Notes: a model not told the origin generated them from the letters alone. 64,000 bases of DNA from an uncultured Pelagibacteraceae bacterium (GCA_902582315.1 CACHRP010000006.1:3713-67712), one strand, 5' to 3'; shown: positions 20,251-31,220, numbered from the stretch's first letter. Numbers and translations are program-made.

Positions 20251-21693
20251 ATGTATAGCAAATTTGGACAATTCATTAATGGAAAATGGCAACAGTCTTC
20301 AGATAAACAAACATACGAAGTAATTAATCCTGCAAATGAAGAAATTATTGGTCATGCTTCAAAAGCAAGTTCAAAAGATGTAGACGATGCTCTTAAGTCT
20401 GCACAAAAAGGTTTGGAAGTTTGGAAAAATACTCCACCCTGGCAAAGATCTTACACATTAAGAAAAATTGCAGACAAGATGAGAGAAAAACAAGATGTTT
20501 TAGCAAAGTGGATGACACTTGAAGTTGGAAAACCATTTGTAGAAGCAAAAGGTGAAGTTGGAGGATCAGCAGATATTTTTGAATGGAACGCAGAGGAGAC
20601 AAAAAGAATTTATGGTCAAACTGTTGAGAGTAGATTTAAAGACACAAGAGTACATGTATATTATCAACCAGTCGGAGTAGTAGCTGCACTATCGCCATGG
20701 AATTTTCCATTAGTTTTATCTTCAAGAAAAATTTCAACAGCATTAGCGGCTGGTTGTTCGGTAATTATTAAACCCGATGTTATAACACCTGGTACCGTTA
20801 TGGAACTAGTAGATATATGTAAGGAGTGTGGTGTTCCAGCTGGTGTTGTAAATTTACTTTCAGGAGATCCACCTAGTATTGCATCACAATTAATTTCATC
20901 AGATATAGTTAAAAAAATATCAATAACTGGTTCATCAAGAGTTGGTAAACTAATATTAAAACAAGCCGCAGATAAAGTTCAAAGAGTAACAATGGAACTA
21001 AGTGGACACTCTCCGTTTATTGTTTTCGAAGATGCTGATATTAAAAAAGCCACAGACATGGCTATCGCAGCAAAATTTAGAAACAATGGACAAGTATGTA
21101 TATCTCCAAATAGATTTTATATCCAAGAAAATAAAAAAGATGAATTTGTAAATTTATTTATTGAAAAAACAAAAAAATTGAAAATTGGTGATGGTATGGA
21201 TCCATCAGTTCAATTAGGACCTTTGACAACCAAAAAAAGGTTAAATGAAGTTGAAGAACTAGTTGAAACAACAAAAAAAGAAGGAGGAAAAGTTCTTCTT
21301 GGAGGAAAGAGACCTCAAGGATTCAATAAAGGATTTTATTATGAACCCACCATTTTTGATAACATTAAAGATGATTTTACAATAATGAAAGTTGAACCTT
21401 TTGGACCATTGGTTCCTATGTTGTCATTTAAAACATTTGATGAAGTTATTGAAAGAGCAAATAATCATGATTTAGGTTTATCAAGTTACATATGCACCAA
21501 TTCAATGGAAAAAGCTCATAGAGCTTCAGAGCTTATGGAAACAGGAACTGTTGCAGTAAATACTCCATTGGTAGCTATAGCTGAAGCACCTTTTGGTGGA
21601 ATAAAGCAAGCAGGCTATGGTAGAGAAGGCGGCTCTATGGCAATTAAAGATTATTTAAATGTAAAGTATACTCATCTTGGATTGAAAGGATAA
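20251..21693 (+). CDS. NAD-dependent semialdehyde dehydrogenase (succinate-semialdehyde / alpha-ketoglutaric semialdehyde type)
   Basis: SPWNFP, TGS..VGK, MELSGHSP, NNGQVCISPNR, EPFGP, PFGGIKQAGYGREGG. Start reset to ATG 20251. Confidence 0.8.
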   Translation: MYSKFGQFINGKWQQSSDKQTYEVINPANEEIIGHASKASSKDVDDALKSAQKGLEVWKNTPPWQRSYTLRKIADKMREKQDVLAKWMTLEVGKPFVEAKGEVGGSADIFEWNAEETKRIYGQTVESRFKDTRVHVYYQPVGVVAALSPWNFPLVLSSRKISTALAAGCSVIIKPDVITPGTVMELVDICKECGVPAGVVNLLSGDPPSIASQLISSDIVKKISITGSSRVGKLILKQAADKVQRVTMELSGHSPFIVFEDADIKKATDMAIAAKFRNNGQVCISPNRFYIQENKKDEFVNLFIEKTKKLKIGDGMDPSVQLGPLTTKKRLNEVEELVETTKKEGGKVLLGGKRPQGFNKGFYYEPTIFDNIKDDFTIMKVEPFGPLVPMLSFKTFDEVIERANNHDLGLSSYICTNSMEKAHRASELMETGTVAVNTPLVAIAEAPFGGIKQAGYGREGGSMAIKDYLNVKYTHLGLKG

Positions 21694-21696
21694 TAA

Positions 21697-21822
21697 ATGG
21701 TAAAAGTCAAAAAAAAAGAAGTTAAAACAGCCGCAAAAGCTTTATCGTCTTGGAAAAAGATGATGCCATTTTACTATGGTGCAGTTTGGGTAATATTACT
21801 TTTAATCGTATTTTTAAAATGA
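21697..21822 (+). CDS. Small single-pass membrane protein, 41 aa (not in ORF track)
   Basis: MVKVKKKEVKTAAKALSSWKKMMPFYYGAVWVILLLIVFLK*. Begins 3 nt after the upstream stop; its TGA overlaps the next ATG (ATGA). Confidence 0.7.
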   Translation: MVKVKKKEVKTAAKALSSWKKMMPFYYGAVWVILLLIVFLK

Positions 21823-22667
21823 AACTAGCAAGAATTGGAAATCCAGGTAAGGAAAAACCAATTATAGTTGATAAAGATAATAATTATAGAGACGTATCTT
21901 CTGTTATCAAAGATTTTAATTCAGATCATTTAAATTTCGAGACCTTAGAAAAATTAAGTAAAATAAAACCTGAAGATTTACCTATATTAGAAAAAAATCA
22001 AAGGATAGGAGCTTGTGTTAATAAACCTTCTAAATTTATTGGAATAGGTTTAAATTTTAAAGATCACGCAATAGAACAGAATATGCCTATTCCAAAAGAG
22101 CCTATAATATTTTCTAAATTCACTAACAGTGTATCTGGGCCTAATGATGATATTGAAATTCCAAAAAATTCTAATCATACAGATTGGGAGGTTGAATTAG
22201 GTTTTGTAATAGGAAAGAAATGTTCTTATGTCAGTGAAAAAGATGCGTTAAGTTATGTTTTAGGTTTTTTCCTGGTAAACGATGTAAGCGAGAGAAACTT
22301 TCAAAAGAATAAAGGTGGTTCTTGGGATAAAGGAAAAGGTTTTGACACTTTTGGACCTATAGGCCCCTACATATTAACAAAAGATGAAATTTCAGATGTT
22401 CATAATTTAAACATGTATTTAGATGTTGATGGAGAACGAATGCAAACAGGAAATACAAATCAAATGATTTTTAATATAAACCAACTAGTATCTTATATGA
22501 GCCACTGCATGACTTTATACCCTGGCGATATATGCTGCACAGGAACTCCTCCAGGTGTTGGAGAAAATAGAAAACCATCTAAATTTTTATTGGGTGGTGA
22601 AACTGTAAAACTTGGAATAGATAATTTAGGAGAACAGATACACAAAGTCGTTAACAACAATGCTTAA
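21819..22667 (+). CDS. Fumarylacetoacetate hydrolase family protein
   Basis: IGIGLNF.DH, DWEVEL, NDVSER, KGFDTF, TGTPPGVG motifs; start reset to 21819. Confidence 0.9.
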   Translation: MKLARIGNPGKEKPIIVDKDNNYRDVSSVIKDFNSDHLNFETLEKLSKIKPEDLPILEKNQRIGACVNKPSKFIGIGLNFKDHAIEQNMPIPKEPIIFSKFTNSVSGPNDDIEIPKNSNHTDWEVELGFVIGKKCSYVSEKDALSYVLGFFLVNDVSERNFQKNKGGSWDKGKGFDTFGPIGPYILTKDEISDVHNLNMYLDVDGERMQTGNTNQMIFNINQLVSYMSHCMTLYPGDICCTGTPPGVGENRKPSKFLLGGETVKLGIDNLGEQIHKVVNNNA

Positions 22668-25350
22668 AAGAGATTTATATTACGAGGGAATTCCAACCAA
22701 ATCGCAAAGAGACGACGCCAGGTATTTAGGGGATATACTTGGAAGAGTAATAAGAAAACAAGAGGGGCAAAACTTTTTTAATTTAGTTGAAAAAATTAGA
22801 CTTCTATCAAAAGCAAACGTCAAAAATATTAATAATAAAAAAAGATTTAAAATAATTATATCTGAAATAAATAAATTAAGTCCTATAAATATTTTTAAAT
22901 TATCCAGAGCGTTTACCCATTTTATGAATTTTGTAAATTTGACAGAGTCATTAGACTCATCTAGAAAACTAGACGAATTTGAAAATTCCAAAATAAAAGA
23001 TGAACATAAATATATTTTTATAGAAGAAATATTTGAAAATCTTTTCAAATCCAGAAAAGTTTCAAATAATAAAATTTATAATATTGCAAAAAATTTAGAT
23101 ATTGGAATTGTGTTAACTGCTCATCCAACTGAAGTAAAAAGAAGAACATTAATACAAAAATATCATAACATAACTGAGATTATGGAGCAGAGAGATTTAC
23201 TCAAACATTATCCGTCAAAAGTAAAAATTTTAGATAAAAAACTTTATGATGAATTTACAATTATTTGGAACACTGATGATCTAAAAAGATTTAGACCTAG
23301 CCCAACTGATGAGGCCAGATGGGGGCTTGCAGTAATAGAAGATAGTTTGTGGGAAACAATTCCAAAGGTTTATAGAAGACTAAATGGAATTTTTCTTAAA
23401 AATATGGGAAAGAATTTACCTAAAAATTTTAATCCAATTCAATTTGGATCTTGGATGGGTGGAGATAGAGACGGAAATCCAAATGTAACCTCCTCGATTA
23501 CAAAAGAAGTAATTTTATTATCACGATGGGAAGCCGCAAAATTATATGAAAAAGAATTAACAAAGTTAATTAGATCTTTTTCAATGGAAAAATGCTCCAA
23601 CAAAATTTTAAAAGTTACGGGAAAAACTTTTGAGCCATATAGAGTATTCTTAAGACCTCTTAGGGATAAAATGAGGTTGACGCATAGAGCAATAGAAAAT
23701 CATCTTGTAAGACACAAACCTCTAGATCAGAATAAACTATTATCCTCAAGAGAAGAAATCTTAAAACCTTTAAGGGTAGTAAGAGACTCTCTTGAGAAAA
23801 ACCAGAATGAAAATATAGCAAGTGGCGAATTACTTGACTTAATGAGAAGAGCAAAATGTTTTGGTATAAATCTTGCTAGACTAGATATTAGACAGGAATC
23901 ATCAAGACACTCACAATTACTTTATGAGTTTATCAAAAAGAAGTACAGAGCTGATTATTATAAATGGTCAGAAAAGCAGCGAATAAATTTTTTATCAAAA
24001 CATTTAAAAACAAATAAAAAAGTCATTAAAAATTTCAAATTTAAGAATAGAGAAAATCGTGAAGTTTGGTCTACTTTTAAGATTTTAGCTGATCAACCTG
24101 AGGAATGTTTAGGTGCATATATTATTTCAATGACATCGTCAGCCTCTGATATTTTAGCAGTTTCATTTTTACAAAAAGAAGCAAATATAAATAAAAGATT
24201 AAGAGTAGTTCCATTATTCGAAACCTTAGATGACTTAAAAAATGCAAAATCAATTATGGAAAATTTATTTTCATTAAGCTGGTACAGAAAATTAATTAAA
24301 AATAATCACGAGATTATGATTGGCTACTCAGACTCAAGTAAAGATGCTGGAAAACTTTCTGCGAGCTGGCATCAATATAAACTTCAAGAGGAAATTGTTA
24401 AGTTAGGAAAAAAATATAAAATTGATCTCACATTTTTTCATGGTAGAGGTGGATCTGCAGGAAGAGGGGGTGGTCCAATTCAATCTACTCTTAGATCTCA
24501 GCCTCCAGGATCTGTAAATGGTAAAATTAGAATTACGGATCAAGGTGAAATGATACAACAAAAATATGGCTATGAACCAATAGCAAAATATAACCTCTGC
24601 AGTTACATAGGTGCGGTAATGCAAGCAACACTTAATCCACCACCAAAACCAAAAGATAGTTGGAGAAATTTAATTGAGGATATGACACAGATTTCGACAA
24701 GATCCTACAGAAAAAATATTAGAGAAAATACAGATTTTATTAGATACTTTAAAACTGTAACACCACATCTTGCACTTGGAAAATTATCGATTGGATCAAG
24801 ACCATCTAAAAGAAAAAATGTTGATAATATAAAAGGACTTAGAGCAATACCATGGGTTTTTGCATGGACACAAATAAGATTAATGTTACCAGCATGGCTT
24901 GGAACAGGTGAGGCATTAAAATACTCTTCAGTTAAAAAATTTAAATCTATATTAGTTGATATGGAAAGGAATTGGCCTTTCTTTAATTCAACAATGGATA
25001 TTTTAGATATGGTTATTTCAAAAGTTGATCCTGAAATTTCAGAGGTTTACGAACAAGGATTGGCAGATGCTAAACTTAAAAAAGTTGGTGATAAATTAAG
25101 ATTGCAATTTAATAATATAAAAAAACTAAATCAATTTATAACTCCAACAGAAATTATTAATCAGAGGAAAAAGTTTAGATCATCAGTTATTGTAAGGAAT
25201 ATTTACACTGAAGTTCTTAATATTTTGCAAGCAGTAGTCATGAAAAAATTATCTAAAAAAGGAATACAGAAAAAGCATAGAAAATATTTAGATGATGCAA
25301 TGATGACTTCAATTGCTGGTATTGCTGCAGCAATGAAAAATTCAGGATAA
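22660..25350 (+). CDS. ppc: Phosphoenolpyruvate carboxylase
   Basis: VLTAHPTE, WMGGDRDGNP, VPLFET, GYSDSSKD, FHGRGGSAGRGG, LRAIPWVFAWTQ motifs. Confidence 0.97.
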   Translation: MLKRDLYYEGIPTKSQRDDARYLGDILGRVIRKQEGQNFFNLVEKIRLLSKANVKNINNKKRFKIIISEINKLSPINIFKLSRAFTHFMNFVNLTESLDSSRKLDEFENSKIKDEHKYIFIEEIFENLFKSRKVSNNKIYNIAKNLDIGIVLTAHPTEVKRRTLIQKYHNITEIMEQRDLLKHYPSKVKILDKKLYDEFTIIWNTDDLKRFRPSPTDEARWGLAVIEDSLWETIPKVYRRLNGIFLKNMGKNLPKNFNPIQFGSWMGGDRDGNPNVTSSITKEVILLSRWEAAKLYEKELTKLIRSFSMEKCSNKILKVTGKTFEPYRVFLRPLRDKMRLTHRAIENHLVRHKPLDQNKLLSSREEILKPLRVVRDSLEKNQNENIASGELLDLMRRAKCFGINLARLDIRQESSRHSQLLYEFIKKKYRADYYKWSEKQRINFLSKHLKTNKKVIKNFKFKNRENREVWSTFKILADQPEECLGAYIISMTSSASDILAVSFLQKEANINKRLRVVPLFETLDDLKNAKSIMENLFSLSWYRKLIKNNHEIMIGYSDSSKDAGKLSASWHQYKLQEEIVKLGKKYKIDLTFFHGRGGSAGRGGGPIQSTLRSQPPGSVNGKIRITDQGEMIQQKYGYEPIAKYNLCSYIGAVMQATLNPPPKPKDSWRNLIEDMTQISTRSYRKNIRENTDFIRYFKTVTPHLALGKLSIGSRPSKRKNVDNIKGLRAIPWVFAWTQIRLMLPAWLGTGEALKYSSVKKFKSILVDMERNWPFFNSTMDILDMVISKVDPEISEVYEQGLADAKLKKVGDKLRLQFNNIKKLNQFITPTEIINQRKKFRSSVIVRNIYTEVLNILQAVVMKKLSKKGIQKKHRKYLDDAMMTSIAGIAAAMKNSG

Positions 25351-25351
25351 A

Positions 25352-26059
25352 ATGACAGAAATTTTTATTGCATTTGGTGCTGGATTAATAAGCTTTTTAT
25401 CTCCATGTGTGTTGCCACTCATACCAGGTTATATTTCTTATATATCAGGTTCCACTTTAGAGAATCTATTAAAAAGTAAAAATGTAAATTTATTACCAAT
25501 AATTTTATTTACCCTAGGGTTTTCAGTTGTCTTTATTATATTTGGAGCATCAGCAACTGTTCTAGGAAAGATTTTATTAAAAAATTCTTTTCCATTAAGA
25601 ATAATTGCTGGTTTAATTATTATCATTTTCTCACTTCATATTTTAGGAGTGTTTAATCTTAATTTTCTTAACTACGAAAAAAGATTAGATGCAGAGAAAA
25701 ACAGTAATGTATTCAGCTCGTTTTTAGTAGGTATGGCTTTTGCATTTGGTTGGACACCTTGTATAGGTCCAATTCTTGGATCCATTTTAATTTTGGCATC
25801 AACAACTGAAAGCATTTATGAAGGAATAATGCTTCTTACATTTTATTCCTTAGGATTAGCTATTCCATTCATTTTAGCAGGTTATGCTATTCAAAAGTTT
25901 CTTCTTATTTCGAAAAATATTAAGCAAAAAATGAATATTATAACTAAAACTGGAGGTGTCCTCTTATTCCTAACTGGAATATTAATAATAACAAATCAAC
26001 TTCAAGCAATAGGCTTTTATCTACTAGAATACATTCCTTTTTTAGGAAAAATTGGGTAA
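25352..26059 (+). CDS. ccdA: Cytochrome c biogenesis CcdA family thiol-redox membrane protein
   Basis: SFLSPCVLPL and FGWTPCIGPIL motifs. Confidence 0.9.
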   Translation: MTEIFIAFGAGLISFLSPCVLPLIPGYISYISGSTLENLLKSKNVNLLPIILFTLGFSVVFIIFGASATVLGKILLKNSFPLRIIAGLIIIIFSLHILGVFNLNFLNYEKRLDAEKNSNVFSSFLVGMAFAFGWTPCIGPILGSILILASTTESIYEGIMLLTFYSLGLAIPFILAGYAIQKFLLISKNIKQKMNIITKTGGVLLFLTGILIITNQLQAIGFYLLEYIPFLGKIG

Positions 26060-26074
26060 ATTTTTAATATATTA

Positions 26075-26938
26075 TTAATTACTTTTTTTTTGTTTTGTAT
26101 AAACAATTAAAATAACTCCTATTAAAATTATAAAGCCTCCAAGGTAAAGTTCTGTTGTTGGTTTTTCACCAAGAAGAAGTATTGCAGCTAATAAGCCAGT
26201 CAAAGGTATTCCCATGGTAACAATGGGCAAAACTTTATATAATGGGTTATTTTTTAATACGTAATAAAAACACCCATAGGTAACTGGTTGCATAAAAAAT
26301 CCCAAATAAAACGCAATTGCCCAGCTATTAAAGTTTGCAGATTTAATATAATTAATCGTATTACCATCAAGGATTGATGATAAAAAAATTAATATTGGTC
26401 CAGAAAAAATAGCTAGCCATGCAACGAGTGTTAGCGGAGCTATTTCTTTACTTAATGGTTTTACTAATACTTGTCCTAATGCCCAAATAGCAGATCCTAG
26501 TATTGTAAGAAATATACCTAAAAATTTTCCCTCTAAATTAGGAGAGCCTGTTAAAATGTAAACTCCAACAAATGCAATTGTAATTCCAATTAAACTTCTT
26601 ATCGTAGGTTTTTCTTTAAGCATGAAGTAAGCAAATAAAACTCCAAATGGAACTTCTGTTTGAACCAGTAGAACAGCTGCAGAAGCATCGATCAAATTTA
26701 ATCCAGTGTAAGTAACGCTATACTGTAAAGTATTTGCAATCAAAGACGCTATAAAAATTTGCTTAAGGTAATCTTTTGGAATTGGAAACCACCAAATTAA
26801 AATTGATGCTGCAAAAGTAAATCTCAGACCCATCAAGAGTATAGGTGGAAAATGTTCCATTGCTGGTTTAGCAATTACGAAACCAAAACCTAAAAAAATT
26901 GGGACTAATGATGCGATTAAGGTATCTTTAAAAGTCAA
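26075..26938 (-). CDS. DMT/EamA family transporter
   Basis: About 10 TM; start overlaps the stop of the dioxygenase gene. Confidence 0.85.
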   Translation of the reverse strand: MTFKDTLIASLVPIFLGFGFVIAKPAMEHFPPILLMGLRFTFAASILIWWFPIPKDYLKQIFIASLIANTLQYSVTYTGLNLIDASAAVLLVQTEVPFGVLFAYFMLKEKPTIRSLIGITIAFVGVYILTGSPNLEGKFLGIFLTILGSAIWALGQVLVKPLSKEIAPLTLVAWLAIFSGPILIFLSSILDGNTINYIKSANFNSWAIAFYLGFFMQPVTYGCFYYVLKNNPLYKVLPIVTMGIPLTGLLAAILLLGEKPTTELYLGGFIILIGVILIVYTKQKKSN

Positions 26939-28038
26939 AGATTAAATTTTCTTTTTAAGTGTCTTAATTTACCCTCTGTACTATCAAAATCTAAATAACA
27001 ACCTTGTAAAAATCTACTTCCTTCATTTACGTCAAATTCTGTTCTACCATGTAATAGTCTATAATTATCCATCATTAAAAGATCTTTTGGTTGAAGTTTA
27101 AATTCAATTCTATATTTATCAGAATTGTACATAGCGGATAGTTTCTTTCTCGCTTTATAGTACAAATCTAATTCACTTTTTTCTAAAATTGGAACAAAGT
27201 CTAATCTTGGACTAAATCTTACCTGTTTTAATTTTTTGTTTTCATCTAACTGAATTAATTCAGCCCAATGCTCTAAGACAACATCTTTATCTATAAATTT
27301 AAATTTAACCTTTACTTTGGTAAGAATATTATAAAACTCTGGATTTTCTTTTTTTAAATCCTCGGTAACAGTGTATCCATCTACTAAAGTTGAAAGACCA
27401 CCAGAAACTTCATTTATAATACAATGTAATAATTGAATACATGGCACAGGATTTCTGTAAGGATTGTCTGTATGTGGTGCAAGAGGAAGAGACGTATAAG
27501 CTAAATCATTCGGGCTTGGAATTGATTTAACATTAAAATGTTCACCGAAATTTGTTCGTCTTACACTTCCAACTTTATTTGCAAATTTTACTAAGAAGTT
27601 ATCCTCAGTTGGAACATTCTTTATAATTACAAATCCATATTTATAAAAGGACAATAATAAATCATACATTTCTTGAGTTTCGAAAAGTTCATCAGAATAT
27701 TTATATTTTTTAAAATCTGCAAAAGATGAATTCCACTTAACTTTTTCTATTCCGTAAATCACTTCATCTTCTTTTGAAAATTCTTCAGCAATTTTTTCAA
27801 TATTTAGTTTAGAATTAACACCATCATTGAAATCGATCTCTAATAAGTCATTATTAATTCGAGCACTTTTGATTGCAATTTCGACATTTAAGGAAGTTGG
27901 ATCAAAAAGTCTTTGCTGTGTTTTTTTATCTAAGTATTTTTCACCATTGGCTCTTTCTCTCAACCAAAATGGATGTATCTCCTGTACTGATGAGCCATTT
28001 TTATAGAAAATTTTGTTATTATTCAGTTCTATTTTCAT
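26935..28038 (-). CDS. TauD/TfdA-family Fe(II)/2-oxoglutarate dioxygenase, gamma-butyrobetaine hydroxylase-like
   Basis: N-terminal WLRE domain, HTD.PY (HxD), QLLHC, DNYRLLHGR motifs. Confidence 0.85.
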   Translation of the reverse strand: MKIELNNNKIFYKNGSSVQEIHPFWLRERANGEKYLDKKTQQRLFDPTSLNVEIAIKSARINNDLLEIDFNDGVNSKLNIEKIAEEFSKEDEVIYGIEKVKWNSSFADFKKYKYSDELFETQEMYDLLLSFYKYGFVIIKNVPTEDNFLVKFANKVGSVRRTNFGEHFNVKSIPSPNDLAYTSLPLAPHTDNPYRNPVPCIQLLHCIINEVSGGLSTLVDGYTVTEDLKKENPEFYNILTKVKVKFKFIDKDVVLEHWAELIQLDENKKLKQVRFSPRLDFVPILEKSELDLYYKARKKLSAMYNSDKYRIEFKLQPKDLLMMDNYRLLHGRTEFDVNEGSRFLQGCYLDFDSTEGKLRHLKRKFNL

Positions 28039-28104
28039 AGTTTATTCTAGGATTATTTAAAATTTGTCTTTAATCAAGATAAATAAAATAGTAAGTGACT
28101 ATTT

Positions 28105-28911
28105 ATGTCAGAGATAAATTCAAAGAAAATTAAAGTATTTTCAAGCTTTTTAAACAGTTTAGCTAAGGACTTAACAAGACTTTATTATAAAAAGCTTAAC
28201 AAGCCTTTTAAGGTAAATAATAAACTCAAAGGCAAAGGTTATGACCCCGTAACATCAGCAGATAAGGCATTTGAAAAATTTATAAGAGCTAAAATACAAA
28301 ATAAATTTCCAAATCATCAAATAATTGGCGAAGAATTTGGACATAAAAAGGTTAAAAGTGATTTTGCGTGGATTATAGATCCAATAGATGGAACAAGATC
28401 TTTTGTGATAGGAAATCCCACTTGGAGCAATTTAATCTCATTAAATTATAAAGGAGATCCAATTGTAGGTTTGGCAAATTTTCCTAAATTAAAAAAATAC
28501 TACTACAATGTTTCTAACAAAGTTGCCTATGTAGTTGATAATGGAAAAAAATCAAAATTAAGTATCAATAAAAAAGCAACATTTAAAAATATGAAAGTGT
28601 CTGCAGCTTTTCATGGATATTTATCCTTAAACAAACAAAAGAAAATTCCAAAGATTTTAAAAATGATGCAGTTCCCTTGTTCTGATGCATTAAGTTATGC
28701 GCATTTTTGTGAAGGAAGATTAGATGTTGTTATTCAATGTATGAATAAAATCTGGGATATTCATCCATTAATTCCAATAATTAAAGCATCAGGTGGGATC
28801 GCTTCTACTTGGCGTAACGAAAGCGCAAATAAAGCAGGTAATGTCTTAATTTCTGCAAATAAGTCTATACATAATAAAATGTTGAGGCTTTTAAAACCTG
28901 CGTTAAAATAA
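28105..28911 (+). CDS. Inositol monophosphatase family protein (histidinol-phosphatase-like)
   Basis: DPVT.AD, GEEFG, WIIDPIDGTRSF, WDI motifs. Confidence 0.85.
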   Translation: MSEINSKKIKVFSSFLNSLAKDLTRLYYKKLNKPFKVNNKLKGKGYDPVTSADKAFEKFIRAKIQNKFPNHQIIGEEFGHKKVKSDFAWIIDPIDGTRSFVIGNPTWSNLISLNYKGDPIVGLANFPKLKKYYYNVSNKVAYVVDNGKKSKLSINKKATFKNMKVSAAFHGYLSLNKQKKIPKILKMMQFPCSDALSYAHFCEGRLDVVIQCMNKIWDIHPLIPIIKASGGIASTWRNESANKAGNVLISANKSIHNKMLRLLKPALK

Positions 28912-28924
28912 AAATTATTATATT

Positions 28925-31150
28925 ATGAAAAAATTAAAATTTCTTACCTTTTGTTTATTTTTTTTATTTAATATAAATGTATCTGTTGCCGAGCTCACTA
29001 AAACTCAAGATACCGCTGAAAGACCTGGTAGTAGTTCCTATACAGATTTGGGAGGTAACCCAAATGAAATTAGAGATGCCCTTGAAGTTCCCCAGGGAGG
29101 TACATTCAACAATGATGGAACAAAAGTTTTTTTTATAAACAAAAGAGTTGGACATACCGATTCAATAACTGTAATGCGTGTGAGCACACCCTATGACTTG
29201 AGAACTGTTTCAACTATAATTGAAGGCGGAGATCCAATTATAGATATAGCGGGGAATACAACCGCGAATGACCAAAGAGTTACTGATATAGATTTTAACA
29301 ACGACGGTACAAAACTGTTTTTAACAGGGCAGTCAGGGAAAGTTTTCCCATTTGATTTAATAATTCCATATAGTTTTGCTTTCGGCAGTGGAATGTCTTT
29401 TACTACAGGCTCAGAAGTAAGTCTTGGGGGTGCCCCAGCTGGAGAATTAGAATTTAATAACGATGGAACTAAAATGTACTTTATCGATGGAGGTGAAAAC
29501 CCAACAGTTGACGAATATAATTTAACAACTGCATTTGATATGAGTACAAGATCATTGATTAGCACAACAACTTTATCAGCAGATATCAGTGACAGTGCAA
29601 GTGGACAAGTAGTAGGTTTTGAATTTAATGATACAGGAACAGGTATGCATGTTTTGATTCAGGATACAGCGGGAGGGGGATTCAATGATACAATATTTCA
29701 ATATAGGCTTACGGTAGCGTTTGATACATCAACAGCTGTTTTTGTTGGTAAAGCAGATCTCGATTCTGGTCTAAAGCTTGGTACATTTAAAGATCAAAAT
29801 AATGATGCAAATGTAAGTCATGTCCTTACTGGTTTATTTTTTGATGCTACTGGTTCAAAAATGTATATATCCAATGATGCTCCAGATCTTATGCATCAAA
29901 TTAGCTTACCTTGCAGTTTTGGTGTTGCTGTATGTATGGCTGATACGGCTTCAAATATAGTCTCAAATGTTGAATTTGCAAAAAAAAATATACATTATAA
30001 TAATTCAACACTGTTTAAACGTTTTGAGTGGATAAAAAGAAATAGAGAAAACGAAAACTTAAATAGCTTCAATATAAATCTTAAATCGTATAATCCAATT
30101 TTAGCATCATTAACAAATAAACTTCAGGCATCTTTAGATAATAATTCATCTAAAATCAAAAGTTCAACATGGTCGTTTTGGAGTACAGGAGATGTCTCAA
30201 TGGGAAGACAGGATGCAACTATAACTGATAAACCAAAAAAAATTCATACATCAGGATTAACTTTTGGCGCAGATAAAAAACTTGGAGATGATAAATTTGC
30301 CGGCTTTGCATTAAGGTATGCTCAAAACGACTCTAGCGTAATAAATACAAATCAAAGTAGCGATATGGAGTCATTAACTTTAAACTTTTATGGAACTATT
30401 CCAAAAAATGAAACTAATTACGTCAATATGATATTGGGTTATAGCTTGCTTAGAATTGATCAAAAATATCTTGGAAAAAAAACAGGTAATAGAAATGGCC
30501 ATCAATTATTTACCTCAGCAAACTTTAGATCAAAAAATAAAAGTGGAAGATTTAATTTTTCTCCGTCTGGGAAATTTTCATATGGAATAACTAAATTATC
30601 TGATTATACAGATTTTATTTCATCAGTTACCACAGGGTTAAATGATCAGCATAACGATAAAACTATAAAAAATGGTAATTTAGCATTTGGCTTTTTATTT
30701 GATATGGACTCGTATAATTTTCCTGACAGCACTGTAATTCCTAACGGAGGATTTGAATTTGTGTGGGATGTTTCTCCTGAGACAAGATTTACTTATGACA
30801 ATGGACAAAGTAATACCATAGTTGATGTTTACTCTGCAAAAAATATAAAAGGTAACTTAGGATTTGAGGTTATTTTTACAAACGACTCAACACTATCACT
30901 AAACTATGAAAGGTTTCAGCATCTAGATCTACATAGATCAGGTAAAACTGAAACGTTTATTATTAAAATTGGTAAAATTATTGAAGGAGACTCTGAGTTT
31001 GCATTTAATTACAATCCTTTAAATACTCATGAGTCTAGTTTAAGTTATAATAAAAATATCAATGGTTTTGATTTTTCAATTAATCACAATCATATATTTG
31101 ATAACTCGCTCGAGTACGATACAAACGTAGAAGTTTCAACTAATTTTTAA
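28925..31150 (+). CDS. Autotransporter-like outer-membrane protein with beta-propeller repeat passenger (paralog 1)
   Basis: Signal peptide; five F(N/D)xxGTK-type repeats; W..W..G and GLTFGAD barrel motifs; C-terminal Phe (NVEVSTNF). Confidence 0.7.
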   Translation: MKKLKFLTFCLFFLFNINVSVAELTKTQDTAERPGSSSYTDLGGNPNEIRDALEVPQGGTFNNDGTKVFFINKRVGHTDSITVMRVSTPYDLRTVSTIIEGGDPIIDIAGNTTANDQRVTDIDFNNDGTKLFLTGQSGKVFPFDLIIPYSFAFGSGMSFTTGSEVSLGGAPAGELEFNNDGTKMYFIDGGENPTVDEYNLTTAFDMSTRSLISTTTLSADISDSASGQVVGFEFNDTGTGMHVLIQDTAGGGFNDTIFQYRLTVAFDTSTAVFVGKADLDSGLKLGTFKDQNNDANVSHVLTGLFFDATGSKMYISNDAPDLMHQISLPCSFGVAVCMADTASNIVSNVEFAKKNIHYNNSTLFKRFEWIKRNRENENLNSFNINLKSYNPILASLTNKLQASLDNNSSKIKSSTWSFWSTGDVSMGRQDATITDKPKKIHTSGLTFGADKKLGDDKFAGFALRYAQNDSSVINTNQSSDMESLTLNFYGTIPKNETNYVNMILGYSLLRIDQKYLGKKTGNRNGHQLFTSANFRSKNKSGRFNFSPSGKFSYGITKLSDYTDFISSVTTGLNDQHNDKTIKNGNLAFGFLFDMDSYNFPDSTVIPNGGFEFVWDVSPETRFTYDNGQSNTIVDVYSAKNIKGNLGFEVIFTNDSTLSLNYERFQHLDLHRSGKTETFIIKIGKIIEGDSEFAFNYNPLNTHESSLSYNKNINGFDFSINHNHIFDNSLEYDTNVEVSTNF

Positions 31151-31220
31151 TAAATAAAGCCTAATATAAATATAATTGATCTAGAATAATAGATTACATT
31201 AATATAATTTTCCCAGATAA

